32,000 nt of DNA from Cupriavidus necator (GCF_016127575.1 NZ_CP066018.1:1800001-1832000); one strand, 5' to 3'; shown: positions 1-13,270, counted from the stretch's first letter. Numbers and translations are program-made. Notes: a model not told the origin generated them from the sequence alone.

Positions 1-573
<573 letters not shown>

Positions 574-608
574 TCGCAGTAAGCTGTTTGCCGCCGCAAG
601 GTGGCCCG

Positions 609-644
609 AAAGCCCGGCTGATCCAGCCGGGCTTTTTTTCTTTC
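609..644 (+). terminator. Rho-independent terminator downstream of rpoC
   Basis: Perfect 10-bp GC-rich stem AGCCCGGCTG (611-620) / CAGCCGGGCT (624-633) with a 3-nt loop, followed by TTTTTTTCTTT. Confidence 0.85.
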
Positions 645-758
645 CGCCCGCAGCCGGCCCTGTCGTGAGAATGTTCGGACTGTTAGCCCGGCGGGCACGG
701 AAGCGGCCCCCTTAGTGGTATGGTTACGGCTTTTCCGGCTTCAGCAATTCCGTTGTCT

Positions 759-2606
<1,848 letters not shown>

Positions 2607-2646
2607 CCGAGGGCAGCGTCAGCGCGTCCCGGGTCGGGTATACGGC

Positions 2647-2675
2647 TTGACGGTATACGATTCCCCTGCTAGGAT
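2647..2675 (+). promoter_or_regulatory. Candidate sigma70 promoter of the str operon (rpsL-rpsG-fusA-tuf)
   Basis: TTGACG (2647-2652), 17-nt spacer, TAGGAT (2670-2675). Lies about 280 nt upstream of the rpsL ATG. Confidence 0.45.
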
Positions 2676-2953
2676 GCCAGATTCGAGTTTTTGGCTTTGG
2701 ATTTCGCTCGCCCGTCGGAGAAGTGGCCTTTAGGCCGCGGCCGGCAAGCCTTCCGGACTGGGTTCCCATGGACCGGTGGCGGCAGACGCGGGATCCGGGT
2801 GCCGGCTCGCGCTCTTTGGCATGCTGTTACCGCACAGTCCCGTCTCCAGAGCGCGTCCGCTCATCTCTCCCGCCCAAAACCCGTAGTTGCCTCTCCATTT
2901 CGGTGCATGCCGGTGCGAGGGGCGTTTTTCGTCAAACCAAGCTGGATTGAACA

Positions 2954-3331
2954 ATGCCAACTATCAACCAACTGGTTCGCAAGCCGCGCGTCTCTGAAGT
3001 CGTCAAGAGCAAGAGCCCGGCGCTTGAGAACTGCCCCCAGCGCCGTGGCGTGTGCACCCGCGTGTACACCACGACGCCGAAGAAGCCGAACTCGGCACTG
3101 CGTAAGGTTGCCAAGGTGCGCCTGACCAACGGTTTCGAAGTGATTTCGTACATCGGCGGTGAAGGCCACAACCTGCAGGAACACTCGGTCGTGCTGATCC
3201 GCGGCGGCCGTGTGAAGGATCTGCCGGGTGTGCGTTACCACATCGTCCGTGGCTCGCTCGACCTGCAAGGCGTGAAGGACCGCAAGCAGGCTCGTTCGAA
3301 GTACGGCGCGAAGCGTCCGAAGGCAGCCTAA
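2954..3331 (+). CDS. rpsL: 30S ribosomal protein S12
   Basis: [12 protein letters not shown]...[52 protein letters not shown] is an unmistakable S12 sequence, 125 aa. Confidence 0.98.
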   Translation: MPTINQLVRKPRVSEVVKSKSPALENCPQRRGVCTRVYTTTPKKPNSALRKVAKVRLTNGFEVISYIGGEGHNLQEHSVVLIRGGRVKDLPGVRYHIVRGSLDLQGVKDRKQARSKYGAKRPKAA

Positions 3332-3556
3332 GCTATAGCAGCCTGGGTCGGAAAGACCCGAAGCAACAAACGATAGCCTGTGGCGCGAGTCATGGTGCTG
3401 TCACCAGGCGGCGGTACAACGGAGCGCCTTTTTGGCAACCGTGCCGTCGAGTAAGTGGTCACCCGGCGAATTTGCTGTCTATCGCATGCAAGCTAGTTGG
3501 TGGCCGGAGAGCGGGAAAAACTGACCACGCTCTCAACTGAATCTAAAGGAAAGAAG

Positions 3557-4027
3557 ATGCCACGTCGTCGTGAAGTCCCCAAGCGGGATGTTCTGCCTGA
3601 TCCGAAGTTCGGCAACGTTGAAGTTGCCAAGTTCATGAACGTGCTGATGCTGGACGGCAAGAAGTCGGTTGCCGAACGTATCGTCTATGGCGCGTTCGAC
3701 CAGATCGAAAAGAAGGCAGGCAAGGCCCCCATCGAAGTGTTCTCCGTTGCCATCAACAACGTGAAGCCGGTGGTGGAAGTGAAGAGCCGTCGCGTGGGCG
3801 GCGCCAACTATCAGGTTCCGGTCGAAGTCCGTCCGTCGCGTCGTCTGGCATTGGCGATGCGTTGGCTGCGCGAGGCCGCGAAGAAACGCAGCGAGAAGTC
3901 GATGGCGCTGCGCCTGGCAGGTGAGCTGCTGGAAGCATCGGAAGGCCGTGGCGGCGCAATGAAGAAGCGTGACGAAGTGCACCGCATGGCCGAAGCCAAC
4001 AAGGCGTTCTCGCATTTCCGCTTCTAA
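3557..4027 (+). CDS. rpsG: 30S ribosomal protein S7
   Basis: [19 protein letters not shown]... is the canonical S7 N-terminus. ATG at 3557 is preceded by AAAGGAAAG. The ORF-track start at 3497 is an upstream in-frame alternative codon with no support. Confidence 0.96.
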   Translation: MPRRREVPKRDVLPDPKFGNVEVAKFMNVLMLDGKKSVAERIVYGAFDQIEKKAGKAPIEVFSVAINNVKPVVEVKSRRVGGANYQVPVEVRPSRRLALAMRWLREAAKKRSEKSMALRLAGELLEASEGRGGAMKKRDEVHRMAEANKAFSHFRF

Positions 4028-4144
4028 GCGCGCGATAGCGTTTGTTGGTTGCCGGGCGGGCTGTGTTTTTACACATCTCGCCCGTTTGTGTTAGGGGCGC
4101 GGGCCATGAGATGCCGGCGCCTCACGGACGAATAGAGGATTAAA

Positions 4145-6253
<2,109 letters not shown>

Positions 6254-6331
6254 TTGGAAGTTTGCCGCCGCGCCTGCCGGTGCGGCGGCGCGATGAAACA
6301 ACAAGACTGCATTCCTATCAGGAGTTAAGAA

Positions 6332-7522
6332 ATGGCAAAGGAAAAGTTCGAGCGGACCAAGCCGCACGTGAACGTTGGTACGATTGGTCACGTTGACCAT
6401 GGCAAGACCACGCTGACCGCAGCGATTGCCACGGTGCTGGCAGCCAAGTTTGGCGGTGCCGCCAAGAAGTACGACGAAATCGACGCAGCGCCGGAAGAAA
6501 AGGCACGCGGTATTACCATCAATACCGCGCACGTCGAGTACGAAACGGCCAACCGCCACTACGCGCACGTTGACTGCCCGGGCCACGCTGACTATGTGAA
6601 GAACATGATCACGGGTGCCGCCCAGATGGACGGCGCGATCCTGGTTTGCTCGGCTGCTGACGGCCCGATGCCGCAAACGCGTGAGCACATCCTGCTGGCC
6701 CGCCAGGTTGGCGTGCCGTACATCATCGTGTTCCTGAACAAGTGCGACATGGTGGACGACGCTGAACTGCTCGAGCTGGTCGAGATGGAAGTTCGCGAGC
6801 TGCTGTCGAAGTACGAGTTCCCCGGCGACGACACCCCGATCATCAAGGGTTCGGCCAAGCTGGCGCTGGAAGGCGACAAGGGCGAGCTGGGCGAAGTGGC
6901 CATCATGAACCTGGCCGACGCGCTGGACACCTACATCCCGACGCCGGAGCGTGCCGTTGACGGTACCTTCCTGATGCCTGTGGAAGACGTGTTCTCGATC
7001 TCGGGTCGCGGCACCGTGGTGACCGGCCGTATCGAGCGCGGCGTGGTGAAGGTCGGTGAGGAAATCGAAATCGTCGGTATCAAGCCGACGGTGAAGACCA
7101 CCTGCACCGGCGTGGAAATGTTCCGCAAGCTGCTGGACCAGGGTCAAGCCGGCGACAACGTTGGCCTGCTGCTGCGCGGCACCAAGCGTGAAGACGTCGA
7201 GCGCGGCCAGGTGCTGTGCAAGCCGGGTTCGATCAAGCCGCACACCCACTTCACCGGCGAGGTGTACATCCTGTCGAAGGACGAAGGCGGCCGTCACACC
7301 CCGTTCTTCAACAACTACCGCCCGCAGTTCTACTTCCGTACCACCGACGTGACCGGCTCGATCGAGCTGCCGAAGGACAAGGAAATGGTCATGCCGGGTG
7401 ACAACGTGTCGATCACCGTCAAGCTGATCGCCCCGATCGCCATGGAAGAAGGCCTGCGCTTCGCTATCCGCGAAGGTGGCCGTACCGTCGGCGCCGGCGT
7501 CGTGGCAAAGATCCTCGACTAA
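6332..7522 (+). CDS. tuf: Elongation factor Tu
   Basis: [32 protein letters not shown]...[25 protein letters not shown]..., 396 aa. AGGAG lies 6 nt upstream of the ATG. Confidence 0.98.
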   Translation: MAKEKFERTKPHVNVGTIGHVDHGKTTLTAAIATVLAAKFGGAAKKYDEIDAAPEEKARGITINTAHVEYETANRHYAHVDCPGHADYVKNMITGAAQMDGAILVCSAADGPMPQTREHILLARQVGVPYIIVFLNKCDMVDDAELLELVEMEVRELLSKYEFPGDDTPIIKGSAKLALEGDKGELGEVAIMNLADALDTYIPTPERAVDGTFLMPVEDVFSISGRGTVVTGRIERGVVKVGEEIEIVGIKPTVKTTCTGVEMFRKLLDQGQAGDNVGLLLRGTKREDVERGQVLCKPGSIKPHTHFTGEVYILSKDEGGRHTPFFNNYRPQFYFRTTDVTGSIELPKDKEMVMPGDNVSITVKLIAPIAMEEGLRFAIREGGRTVGAGVVAKILD

Positions 7523-7531
7523 GCACTTCCT

Positions 7532-7556
7532 GGGACATGCCTGTCGGGCATGTCCC
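7532..7556 (+). other. Stem-loop in the 78-nt tuf-rpsJ spacer (function unknown)
   Basis: GGGACATGCC (7532-7541) pairs perfectly with GGCATGTCCC (7547-7556) around a 5-nt loop. No T-tract follows, so it is not a canonical terminator. Confidence 0.4.
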
Positions 7557-7600
7557 CATTCAACGGGCACGTTGCCCAATCGCTCTTTTAAGGAAATATC

Positions 7601-7909
7601 ATGCAGAACCAGAAGATCCGTATCCGCCTGAAGGCTTTCGACTACCGCCTGATCGACCAGTCGGCCGCCGAAATCGTGGATACCGCCAAGCGTACCGGCG
7701 CAATCGTCAAGGGCCCGGTGCCCCTGCCGACCCGCATCCAGCGCTTCGACATCCTGCGTTCGCCGCACGTCAACAAGACCAGCCGCGATCAGTTTGAGAT
7801 CCGCACGCACCAGCGCCTGATGGACATCGTCGACCCGACCGACAAGACGGTTGACGCGCTGATGAAGCTCGACCTGCCGGCAGGCGTGGACGTCGAGATC
7901 AAGGTGTAA
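7601..7909 (+). CDS. rpsJ: 30S ribosomal protein S10
   Basis: [34 protein letters not shown]...GPVPLPT...[21 protein letters not shown], 102 aa. Confidence 0.98.
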   Translation: MQNQKIRIRLKAFDYRLIDQSAAEIVDTAKRTGAIVKGPVPLPTRIQRFDILRSPHVNKTSRDQFEIRTHQRLMDIVDPTDKTVDALMKLDLPAGVDVEIKV

Positions 7910-7944
7910 TCATGCTTCGGGCCGCGCCTGCGGCCTGCTGCAGC

Positions 7945-7981
7945 AAAACGGCGAACCGTATGGTTCGCCGTTTTTGTTTTC
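7945..7981. terminator. Intrinsic terminator immediately after rpsJ, possibly bidirectional (the convergent AraC-family gene ends at 8103)
   Basis: AAAACGGCGAACC (7945-7957), loop GTAT, GGTTCGCCGTTTT (7962-7974), then TGTTTT. The A-tract/T-tract symmetry also gives a TTTT run after the stem on the minus strand. Confidence 0.8.
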
Positions 7982-8102
7982 AAGGCTTGCATACAGCAGC
8001 CTTGCTCCCCGGATTGCTCCCCTGCCGCGCCAGCTACAGTTGCGCGATGAGCTGAGCGATCGCGGCGGCTGCCCGAAGCGGCAGCACTGAATTCACACAA
8101 GC

Positions 8103-9104
8103 CTAGCCCGCTCCGCGCCGCCGCAAGGTCTGCGCGGGGCACTCCCCGAACGCGCGCCGGTATTCCGCGCTGAACCGCCCCAGATGGGCAAAGCCCCAGC
8201 GCAGCGCGGCCGCGCTCACTGACGACACCGACGCGACGTTCAGCAGGTCGTGCCGCACGCGCTCCAGCCGCACCGTGCGCAGGTAGGCCATCGGCCCGGT
8301 GCCGCGATGCTCGCGGAAGCCGGCGAACAGGCTGCGTACGCTGACGCCGGCAACCTCGGCCAGCACGGCGGGGGTCAGCTCCGCCGCCGCGTTTGCGTGA
8401 ATATATTCCTCCACCACTTTCACATGGCGCGGTGCCAGCGGCTTGCCGTGCTCGCGCACTGCATCCGACAGGCTGTGCGGCTGCGACGTCAGCAGCGTGC
8501 CGATCACCAGCTGTTCCAGCTGGCAGGCGGTCAGCGGATGGCGTGCGGTCTCGGGCGCGGTCGCCAGCATCGCGGCGAGATAGCGCATCAGCTCATACCA
8601 CGCGCCGCTGCGCCAGGCCATGCCGAGCGCAAAGCGCAGCGGCCGCTCGGACCGCCGGCCCAGATGGGCCGCGCAGATGCGTTCCAGCGCACTGCGTTCG
8701 ATGCGCACGATCAACTGGTCGTTGTCGGCGCTCCAGCGCATGGCCAGCGCATCGCTGGGCGTCAGCACCGAAGCGCAGTCGGGCGTGGAAACGATGTGCT
8801 GGTCGCCGCAGCGGATCTCGGCCTGTCCTTGCAGCGGCATCTGCACCAGCAGGAAGTCGCCGAGCGGGCCGGGGTCGATGGTGACGTCGGCGCCGTAGGC
8901 GAGGCGGTTGAACGAGACCGCGCCAAGCGGCGCATGATGCATGCGTGCCTGCAAGCGGGTGCCGCGTATCTCGAGCCGGTGCGGCTTGAACACGCGCCCG
9001 ACGGCGGCGCGCGTCTCGGCCAGGTCGGTCGAGGCGAACACGCACCGGGCGGGATCGCCGAGCAGGGCGCTCGCCAGCGGTCCGGCGGCGGGGGGCAGCT
9101 GCAT
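8103..9104 (-). CDS. AraC/XylS-family transcriptional regulator (iifR-like position)
   Basis: The C-terminus has the AraC double HTH ([24 protein letters not shown]...[26 protein letters not shown]). The start is set at ATG 9104 (MQLPPAAG...) because GAGGAG lies 7 nt upstream. The longer ORF-track N-terminus (to 9272) is Arg/Pro-rich and has no RBS. Confidence 0.85.
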   Translation of the reverse strand: MQLPPAAGPLASALLGDPARCVFASTDLAETRAAVGRVFKPHRLEIRGTRLQARMHHAPLGAVSFNRLAYGADVTIDPGPLGDFLLVQMPLQGQAEIRCGDQHIVSTPDCASVLTPSDALAMRWSADNDQLIVRIERSALERICAAHLGRRSERPLRFALGMAWRSGAWYELMRYLAAMLATAPETARHPLTACQLEQLVIGTLLTSQPHSLSDAVREHGKPLAPRHVKVVEEYIHANAAAELTPAVLAEVAGVSVRSLFAGFREHRGTGPMAYLRTVRLERVRHDLLNVASVSSVSAAALRWGFAHLGRFSAEYRRAFGECPAQTLRRRGAG

Positions 9105-9246
9105 TGTCTCGCTCCTCTGGCGGGGCCGCGGCGCTGCCGGTGACCGTGCGCGCCGCTGATTCCGGGGCCGGCCCGGCATGACGGCCGGGGCACGGTTTCC
9201 CACGCGATCCACTATAGCGGATGGCCTCGCCGTCTGCGCTGCGGCG

Positions 9247-9276
9247 TTGACCGAGCCCGAAGTTTCCTGCACTAAT
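9247..9276 (+). promoter_or_regulatory. Candidate promoter of the catabolic operon
   Basis: TTGACC (9247-9252), 18-nt spacer, ACTAAT (9271-9276), located in the divergent intergenic region. Confidence 0.35.
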
Positions 9277-9280
9277 CGGA

Positions 9281-9302
9281 TAGCCGCTGCGCCCAGCGGC
9301 TA
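9281..9302. promoter_or_regulatory. Perfect 8-bp inverted repeat just downstream of the candidate -10 (operator or leader hairpin)
   Basis: TAGCCGCT (9281-9288), 6-nt spacer, AGCGGCTA (9295-9302). Confidence 0.35.
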
Positions 9303-9389
9303 GTTTGCTGCGGTGCGGAGCCACCATTATGGAAGCCAGCACGGCAGTCCCACCAGACACCGGAAAGAGAACGACAAGGAGCGCAGGCC

Positions 9390-10619
9390 ATGGGCCAGAC
9401 CATCCAGATCCAGACCCCCGAAGGCAGTTTCAGCGGTTATCTCGCCACCCCGGCGGCAGGCAAGGGCCCGGGCATCGTGTTGTGCCAGGAGATCTTCGGC
9501 GTCAACGCGACCATGCGGCAGGTGGCGGACTACTACGCCGAGGAGGGCTATACGGTGCTGGTGCCCGACCTGTTCTGGCGCATCGCGCCCGGGATCGAGC
9601 TGACCGACCGCGGCGAGGACTTCCAGCGGGCGCTGGGCCTGTACCAGCAGTTCGACGAAGCCGCGGGCGTGCAGGATGTGGGCGCCGCGCTTGAAGCGCT
9701 GCGTGCGCGGCCGGAATGCGTCGGCCAGACCGGCGTGCTGGGCTTCTGCCTGGGCGGCAAGCTGGCCTACCTGGCGGCCTGCCGGCTGCCCGACGTGGCC
9801 TGTGCGGTGGCGTACTACGGCGTGGGCATCGAGCACGCGCTGGGCGAAGCCGCCAACGTGCGCGGCCGCCTGGTGCTGCATATCGCCGAGAAAGACGGAT
9901 TCTGCCCGCCGCAGGCGCAGGCTGCGATCCGCGCAGCCCTGGCCGGGCGCGAGAACATCGAGGTCTACGTCTACGCTGGCGTCGACCATGCCTTTGCCCG
10001 CACCGGTGGCGAGCACTTCGACAAGCCCTCGGCGCTGATGGCGCACCAGCGCTCGATCGCGGCGCTGCGCGGTGAAATGGGTCCGCACTACGATTTCTCC
10101 GCGCTGTGGGACAAGCACTGCGAATACGAATTTGCCACCCGCGATGTCGACGCCACCATGGCGACGATGGTGCCGCAGCCCTATGTGAACCATATCCCGA
10201 CCATGACCGGCGGGGTCGGCTACGCGCAGCTGCGGCGTTTCTACCAGCACCATTTCGTGCACAGCAATCCGCCCGACACCACGCTGATCCCGCTGTCGCG
10301 CACGGTCGGGGCCACGCAGATCGTCGACGAGATGCTGTTCTGCTTCACGCATAGCTGCGAGATCGACTGGATGCTGCCCGGCGTGCCGCCCACCGGCAAG
10401 CGCGTGGAGATCCCGCTGATCGCCATCGTCAAGTTCCGCGGCGACAAGCTGTACCACGAGCATATCTACTGGGACCAGGCCAGCGTGCTGGTGCAGATCG
10501 GCAAGCTGGATCCGGCGGGTTTGCCGGTCGCGGGCGTGGAGACCGCGCGCAAGCTGCTGGACGAGACCCTGCCGTCGAACACACTGATGGCGCGCTGGCA
10601 GCAGAGCGAAGGCAAATAG
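9390..10619 (+). CDS. Dienelactone-hydrolase-fold domain fused to a C-terminal NTF2/SnoaL-like domain (iifA-like position)
   Basis: The N-terminal ~230 aa align by eye to ClcD-type carboxymethylenebutenolidase: QEIFGVN (Glu), GFCLGG (Cys nucleophile), VDHAF (His). The C-terminal ~170 aa (DFSALWDKHCEYEF...IVKFRGDKLYHEHIYWDQASVL) look like an NTF2-like alpha+beta barrel. AAGGAG lies 8 nt upstream of the ATG. Confidence 0.8.
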   Translation: MGQTIQIQTPEGSFSGYLATPAAGKGPGIVLCQEIFGVNATMRQVADYYAEEGYTVLVPDLFWRIAPGIELTDRGEDFQRALGLYQQFDEAAGVQDVGAALEALRARPECVGQTGVLGFCLGGKLAYLAACRLPDVACAVAYYGVGIEHALGEAANVRGRLVLHIAEKDGFCPPQAQAAIRAALAGRENIEVYVYAGVDHAFARTGGEHFDKPSALMAHQRSIAALRGEMGPHYDFSALWDKHCEYEFATRDVDATMATMVPQPYVNHIPTMTGGVGYAQLRRFYQHHFVHSNPPDTTLIPLSRTVGATQIVDEMLFCFTHSCEIDWMLPGVPPTGKRVEIPLIAIVKFRGDKLYHEHIYWDQASVLVQIGKLDPAGLPVAGVETARKLLDETLPSNTLMARWQQSEGK

Positions 10620-10704
10620 GCTGCGCCCGCCGCATCGATCCGGAACGGGCCCGCAGAGGCCCGCCCGCAACCATCGCCGGCTGTTGCCGGCACAGGAGAC
10701 AAGC

Positions 10705-11493
10705 ATGAAAGGACTGCAGGGCAAGGTGGCCATTGTCACCGGCGGCGCCACGCTGATCGGCGCCGGCGTGGCGCGGGCCTTTGTCGAGGCCGGCGCGCGC
10801 GTGGCGATCTTCGACATCGATGCCGCCAACGGCGAGCGCGTGGCCGCGCAGCTGGGGGCGAACGCGCTCTTCATCGCCACCGACATCACGCGTGACGAGC
10901 AGGTTCGCGATGCCGTGGCGCAGGTGGTGCAGCGCTTTGGCGGCGTGGACTGCCTGGTCAACCTGGCCTGCACCTATCTCGATGACGGCTTCCGCTCGAA
11001 TCGTGCCGACTGGCTGGCGGCGCTCGACGTCAACGTGGTGTCGGGCGTGATGCTGGCGCAGGCGGTGCACCCGCATATGCGGGCGCGCGGCGGCGGTGCG
11101 ATCGTCAATTTCACCAGCATCTCTGCCAACGTGGCGCAGACCGGGCGCTGGCTCTACCCGGTGTCGAAAGCCGCCATCGCGCAGCTGACGCGCAGCATGG
11201 CGATGGACCTGGCGCCGGACCGCATCCGCGTCAACGCGGTGTCGCCAGGCTGGACCTGGTGCCGGCTGATGGACGAGGTCAGCGGCGGCAACCGTGCCCG
11301 CACCGATGCGGTGGCCGCGCCGTTCCACCTGCTGGGCCGCGTCGGCGAGCCCGACGAGGTGGCCCAGGTGGTGCTCTTCCTCTGTTCCGACCATGCCAGC
11401 TTCGTCACCGGTGCCGACTATGCCGTCGACGGCGGCTATTCCGCCATGGGGCCGGAGCAGAACGTGCCCGCCATCGGCAAGCTGGCCGGCTGA
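10705..11493 (+). CDS. Short-chain dehydrogenase/reductase (SDR), iifB-like position
   Basis: MKGLQGKVAIVTGGATLIGAG (TGxxxxGxG Rossmann motif) and a YPVSKAA (YxxxK) catalytic motif. AGGAGA lies 5 nt upstream of ATG 10705. The ORF-track start at 10684 is a TTG with no RBS. Confidence 0.88.
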   Translation: MKGLQGKVAIVTGGATLIGAGVARAFVEAGARVAIFDIDAANGERVAAQLGANALFIATDITRDEQVRDAVAQVVQRFGGVDCLVNLACTYLDDGFRSNRADWLAALDVNVVSGVMLAQAVHPHMRARGGGAIVNFTSISANVAQTGRWLYPVSKAAIAQLTRSMAMDLAPDRIRVNAVSPGWTWCRLMDEVSGGNRARTDAVAAPFHLLGRVGEPDEVAQVVLFLCSDHASFVTGADYAVDGGYSAMGPEQNVPAIGKLAG

Positions 11494-11526
11494 ACGCCGC
11501 CGAACGATCCTTCAGGAGAAAACGTC

Positions 11527-12768
11527 ATGAGCCAACGCATCGCCATCGTCGGAGCTGGCCAGTCGGGCCTGCAAATGGCCCTCGGGCTGCAAGCCAACGG
11601 CTACCGGGTCACGCTGCTGTCCAACCGGACCCCCGAGCAGATCCGCGGCGGGAAAGTCATGTCCAGCCAGTGCATGTTCGACCGCGCGCTGCAGGCCGAG
11701 CGCGAGCTCGGGCTGAACTGGTGGGACGATGCCTGCCCGCCGGTGGAGGGCATCGGCCTGGCCGTGCCGCATCCCGAGCAGGCCAGTGCCCGCGCGATCG
11801 ACTGGGCCGCGCCGCTGGACCGCCCGGCACAGGCGGTGGACCAGCGCCTGAAGATGCCCGCGTGGATGGAGGCCTTCGTTGCACGCGGCGGCGACCTGCG
11901 CATCGCCGATGTCGGCCCGGATGAACTGGAGGACCTGACCCGCGAGCATGACCTGGTGCTGCTGGCGGCCGGCAAGGGCGAGATCGTCAGCCGCTTCGAG
12001 CGCGATGCCTCCCGCAGCCCGTTCGACAAGCCGCAGCGCGCGCTGGCGCTGACATATGTGACCGGCATGCAGCCGCGCACGCCGTTCTCGCGGGTTTGCT
12101 TCAACCTGATCCCGGGCGTGGGTGAATACTTCGTCTTCCCCGCGCTGACGCTGTCGGGGCCGTGCGAGATCATGGTGTTCGAAGGCATCCCGGGCGGCCC
12201 GATGGACCGTTGGGCCGAGGCGCGCACGCCGGCGCAGCACCTGGCGGAAAGCCAGCGCATCCTGCAGACCTACCTGCCATGGGAGGCCGAGCGCTGTGAG
12301 CGGGTCGCGCTGACCGACGACAACGGCATCCTTGCCGGACGCTTCGCGCCAACGGTGCGCAAGCCGGTGCTGACGCTGCCGTCCGGGCGGCTGGTGTTCG
12401 GCATGGCCGATGCCGTGGTGGTCAACGACCCGATCACGGGGCAGGGTTCGAACAACGCAGCCAAATGCTGCAAGGTCTATCTCGATGCGATCCTGGCACG
12501 CGGCGACCAGCCCTTCGACCAGGACTGGATGGAGCGCACCTTCGACCAGTACTGGCAGTACGCGGGCGACGTGGTGGCGTGGACCAACTCGCTGCTGACC
12601 CCGCCGCCGCCGCATATCCTGGCGCTGCTGGGCGCCGCGGGGCAGGCGCCGGCACTGGCCGCGCGCATCGCCAACGGTTTCGACAATCCGCCGGACTATT
12701 TCCCGTGGTGGCTGGATCCACAGGCTTGCCACCAGCTGATCAACCAGTACGTCGCCGAGGCCGCCTGA
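11527..12768 (+). CDS. StyA-like (group E) FAD-dependent monooxygenase, oxygenase component (styrene/indole monooxygenase family; iifC-like)
   Basis: RIAIVGAGQSGL dinucleotide-binding motif, SPFDKPQRAL, DPITGQGSN and WTNSLL blocks match my recollection of StyA. The 413-aa length also fits. AGGAG lies upstream. Confidence 0.8.
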   Translation: MSQRIAIVGAGQSGLQMALGLQANGYRVTLLSNRTPEQIRGGKVMSSQCMFDRALQAERELGLNWWDDACPPVEGIGLAVPHPEQASARAIDWAAPLDRPAQAVDQRLKMPAWMEAFVARGGDLRIADVGPDELEDLTREHDLVLLAAGKGEIVSRFERDASRSPFDKPQRALALTYVTGMQPRTPFSRVCFNLIPGVGEYFVFPALTLSGPCEIMVFEGIPGGPMDRWAEARTPAQHLAESQRILQTYLPWEAERCERVALTDDNGILAGRFAPTVRKPVLTLPSGRLVFGMADAVVVNDPITGQGSNNAAKCCKVYLDAILARGDQPFDQDWMERTFDQYWQYAGDVVAWTNSLLTPPPPHILALLGAAGQAPALAARIANGFDNPPDYFPWWLDPQACHQLINQYVAEAA

Positions 12769-12769
12769 C

Positions 12770-13270
12770 ATGCACGCCGCCACGCCCGCCACTTCCGTCC
12801 ATGATCCCCGCGAACTGCGCCGGGTTTGCGGCCGCTATGCCACCGGCGTGGCCGTCATCGGCGCCTGCGGGGCGCAGGGCCGGCCCGTCGGCTTGACGGT
12901 GAACTCGTTTGCCTCGCTGTCGCTGGCGCCGCCGCTGATCCTGTGGAGCCTGGCGCTGCACTCGCCGAATGCGGGCCTGTTCGTGCCCGGCGCGCCTTTC
13001 GGCGTCAGCATCCTGCGCGCCGGCCATGGCGAACTGGCGCGCCGCTTCGCCACGCCGGTGGCGGACAAGTTCGCGGGCGTCGCCCACGGGCGCTGCGAGC
13101 GCGGCGTGCCCTACCTGGACGAAGCACTGGCGACCCTGGCCTGCCGCGTGGAGCGGGCCGACCCGGTAGGCGATCATCTGCTGATCGTCGGCGCCGTCGA
13201 GGCATACGAGGCAGGGGAGGGCGAACCGCTGGTATTCTATGGCGGCGATTTCGTGCGCCTCGCCGCCTGA
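12770..13270 (+). CDS. NAD(P)H:flavin oxidoreductase, reductase component (StyB/HpaC-like; iifD-like)
   Basis: Flavin_Reduct signature ...YATGVAVIGA...GLTVNSFASLSLAPPLILWSL...GDHLLIVG.V, 166 aa. The ATG lies 1 nt after the stop of the upstream gene (TGAcATG), implying translational coupling. Confidence 0.85.
   Translation: MHAATPATSVHDPRELRRVCGRYATGVAVIGACGAQGRPVGLTVNSFASLSLAPPLILWSLALHSPNAGLFVPGAPFGVSILRAGHGELARRFATPVADKFAGVAHGRCERGVPYLDEALATLACRVERADPVGDHLLIVGAVEAYEAGEGEPLVFYGGDFVRLAA

Noticed and set aside
650-720. Possible LexA/SOS box upstream of recQ (CTGTCGTGAGAATGTTCGG)
   Set aside because: The second half-site is TGTT rather than ACAG, so it does not fit CTGT-N8-ACAG.
720-758. Upstream ATG (720) as the recQ start
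   Set aside because: Not firmly rejected. Neither ATG has a clear SD. I prefer 759 because the distance to the conserved FGY..FR motif matches what I recall of Burkholderiaceae RecQ N-termini, but 720 remains possible.
7982-8102. Search for target-site duplications or terminal inverted repeats flanking the insert (left border 7982-8102 versus right border 13271-13403)
   Set aside because: Only a short shared string (TCCCGGAT, near 8008 and 13281) was seen. That is within chance expectation for two ~130-nt segments. With no transposase or integrase present, I do not call a mobile element.
9105-9272. N-terminal 56-codon extension of the AraC-family ORF
   Set aside because: The extension is Arg/Pro/Ala-rich and has no RBS. 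The internal ATG at 9104 has a GAGGAG SD and gives a typical ~333-aa AraC protein.
9327-10973. 548-aa minus-strand ORF opposite the hydrolase-fusion and SDR genes (and similar ORFs at 10429-11394 and 11512-12792)
   Set aside because: The + strand frames carry clear catalytic motifs and RBSs. The minus-strand frames have none, and one spans an intergenic gap.
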